IMG/VR virus record: IMGVR_UViG_3300045120_000498
Location: 32,001-96,000 of that record
Strand: one strand, 5' to 3'
Origin: a virus
DNA: 64,000 nt
The notes beneath the pieces are model-generated. The model had not been told where the DNA came from and ran no database searches. It was given only the letters and a program-made list of their open reading frames with translations. Positions 63,541 to 64,000 of the stretch are shown in pieces (the first letter of the stretch is position 1; every line of letters begins with the position of its first letter). The translations under genes and the position numbers were made by a program.

Positions 63541-64000
63541 GGCTTCATCGCCTTCGGCTCGAACACCATCACCGACACGTGCACGTTGTCCACCGACGGG
63601 AACCCGAGCGCCATGAACGTCCGCCGCGTCAGGCTCAGAGGATCAGGCACATCAGCCGTCCCCACCAGCACCGCGTACACGCCCCGCGTGCCGGACGACA
63701 CGTGCACCCGACGGCCGACCGCGACCGCCAGCGGCCCGTCCGGGCGCGCAAGCGCGAAGCACCCCTTCCGAGCGTCGAAGCTCTCGCCGTGCCAGCCGCA
63801 CTCCACCGGGATCGCGCCCACGTGCGCGTGGCCGATCCGCAGCGCCCGCTGCGCCTCGTAGAACGGCAACTCCGCCAACTGCTCATCCGACCAGCCGTCC
63901 GGGAGCGTCCACTGCGGCGTCGTCACGATCACCGCGCCGAGCGCCCGCCGCGACGGGATGCCGACCGGGTGCACCACCGACCCGCCGTTCAGCACCGGCA
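63537..64000 (-). CDS. Virion protein with DPBB-like C-terminal domain (5' end outside window)
   Basis: CGWHG..FD..G.F...DGPLA...LSLTRRTFMALG homologous to the previous gene. Confidence 0.65.
   Translation of the reverse strand, partial: PVLNGGSVVHPVGIPSRRALGAVIVTTPQWTLPDGWSDEQLAELPFYEAQRALRIGHAHVGAIPVECGWHGESFDARKGCFALARPDGPLAVAVGRRVHVSSGTRGVYAVLVGTADVPDPLSLTRRTFMALGFPSVDNVHVSVMVFEPKAMKP

Noticed and set aside
117-63861. Many long plus-strand and alternate-frame ORFs (e.g. 37656..40214, 52942..54504, 56012..58132, 59354..61189)
   Set aside because: Arg/Pro/Ala-rich shadows of high-GC minus-strand genes; no motifs or RBS, and fully overlapping recognisable genes.
1-64000. Prophage or integrative-element status, and genome-wide stop-codon recoding
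   Set aside because: No integrase, att site or host genes in the window; TGA is the normal stop in many coupled junctions, so recoding is not general.

Overview
A 64-kb segment of a high-GC (~70%) tailed phage genome, most likely a contractile-tailed phage of an actinobacterial host. The host is inferred from GC content, Ku, GGAAAGG-type ribosome-binding sites and extended -10 promoters. Essentially all real genes lie on the minus strand; the long plus-strand ORFs are shadows. In transcription order (right to left): a baseplate/tail-fibre operon with an inserted HNH gene (64.0-56.1 kb); recombination and replication genes (Bet/RecT, PD-(D/E)xK exonuclease, initiator, helicase loader, RusA; 55.9-48.2 kb); a second virion-fibre module with a 2123-aa repeat protein (45.4-37.0 kb); then ~37 kb of mostly small accessory genes. 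The accessory region also holds Ku, a TerS-like gene, SSB, two DNA methyltransferases, a vWA protein, a HAD phosphatase, an orphan antitoxin domain, an exported RlpA-thermonuclease fusion and a lambda-GpA-type TerL. No portal, capsid, sheath, integrase or lysin is seen. The strongest signals are below gene level: (1) a decamer CTCGCAACAC present at least 26 times, on both strands and in all three reading frames; (2) ~20 copies of a palindromic promoter/operator box, often followed by a covarying hairpin-plus-SD leader; (3) apparent total avoidance of SAGCTS and several 6-bp palindromes; (4) several structured non-coding segments, including tRNA-like ones. All function calls come from motif recognition by eye, not from database searches.
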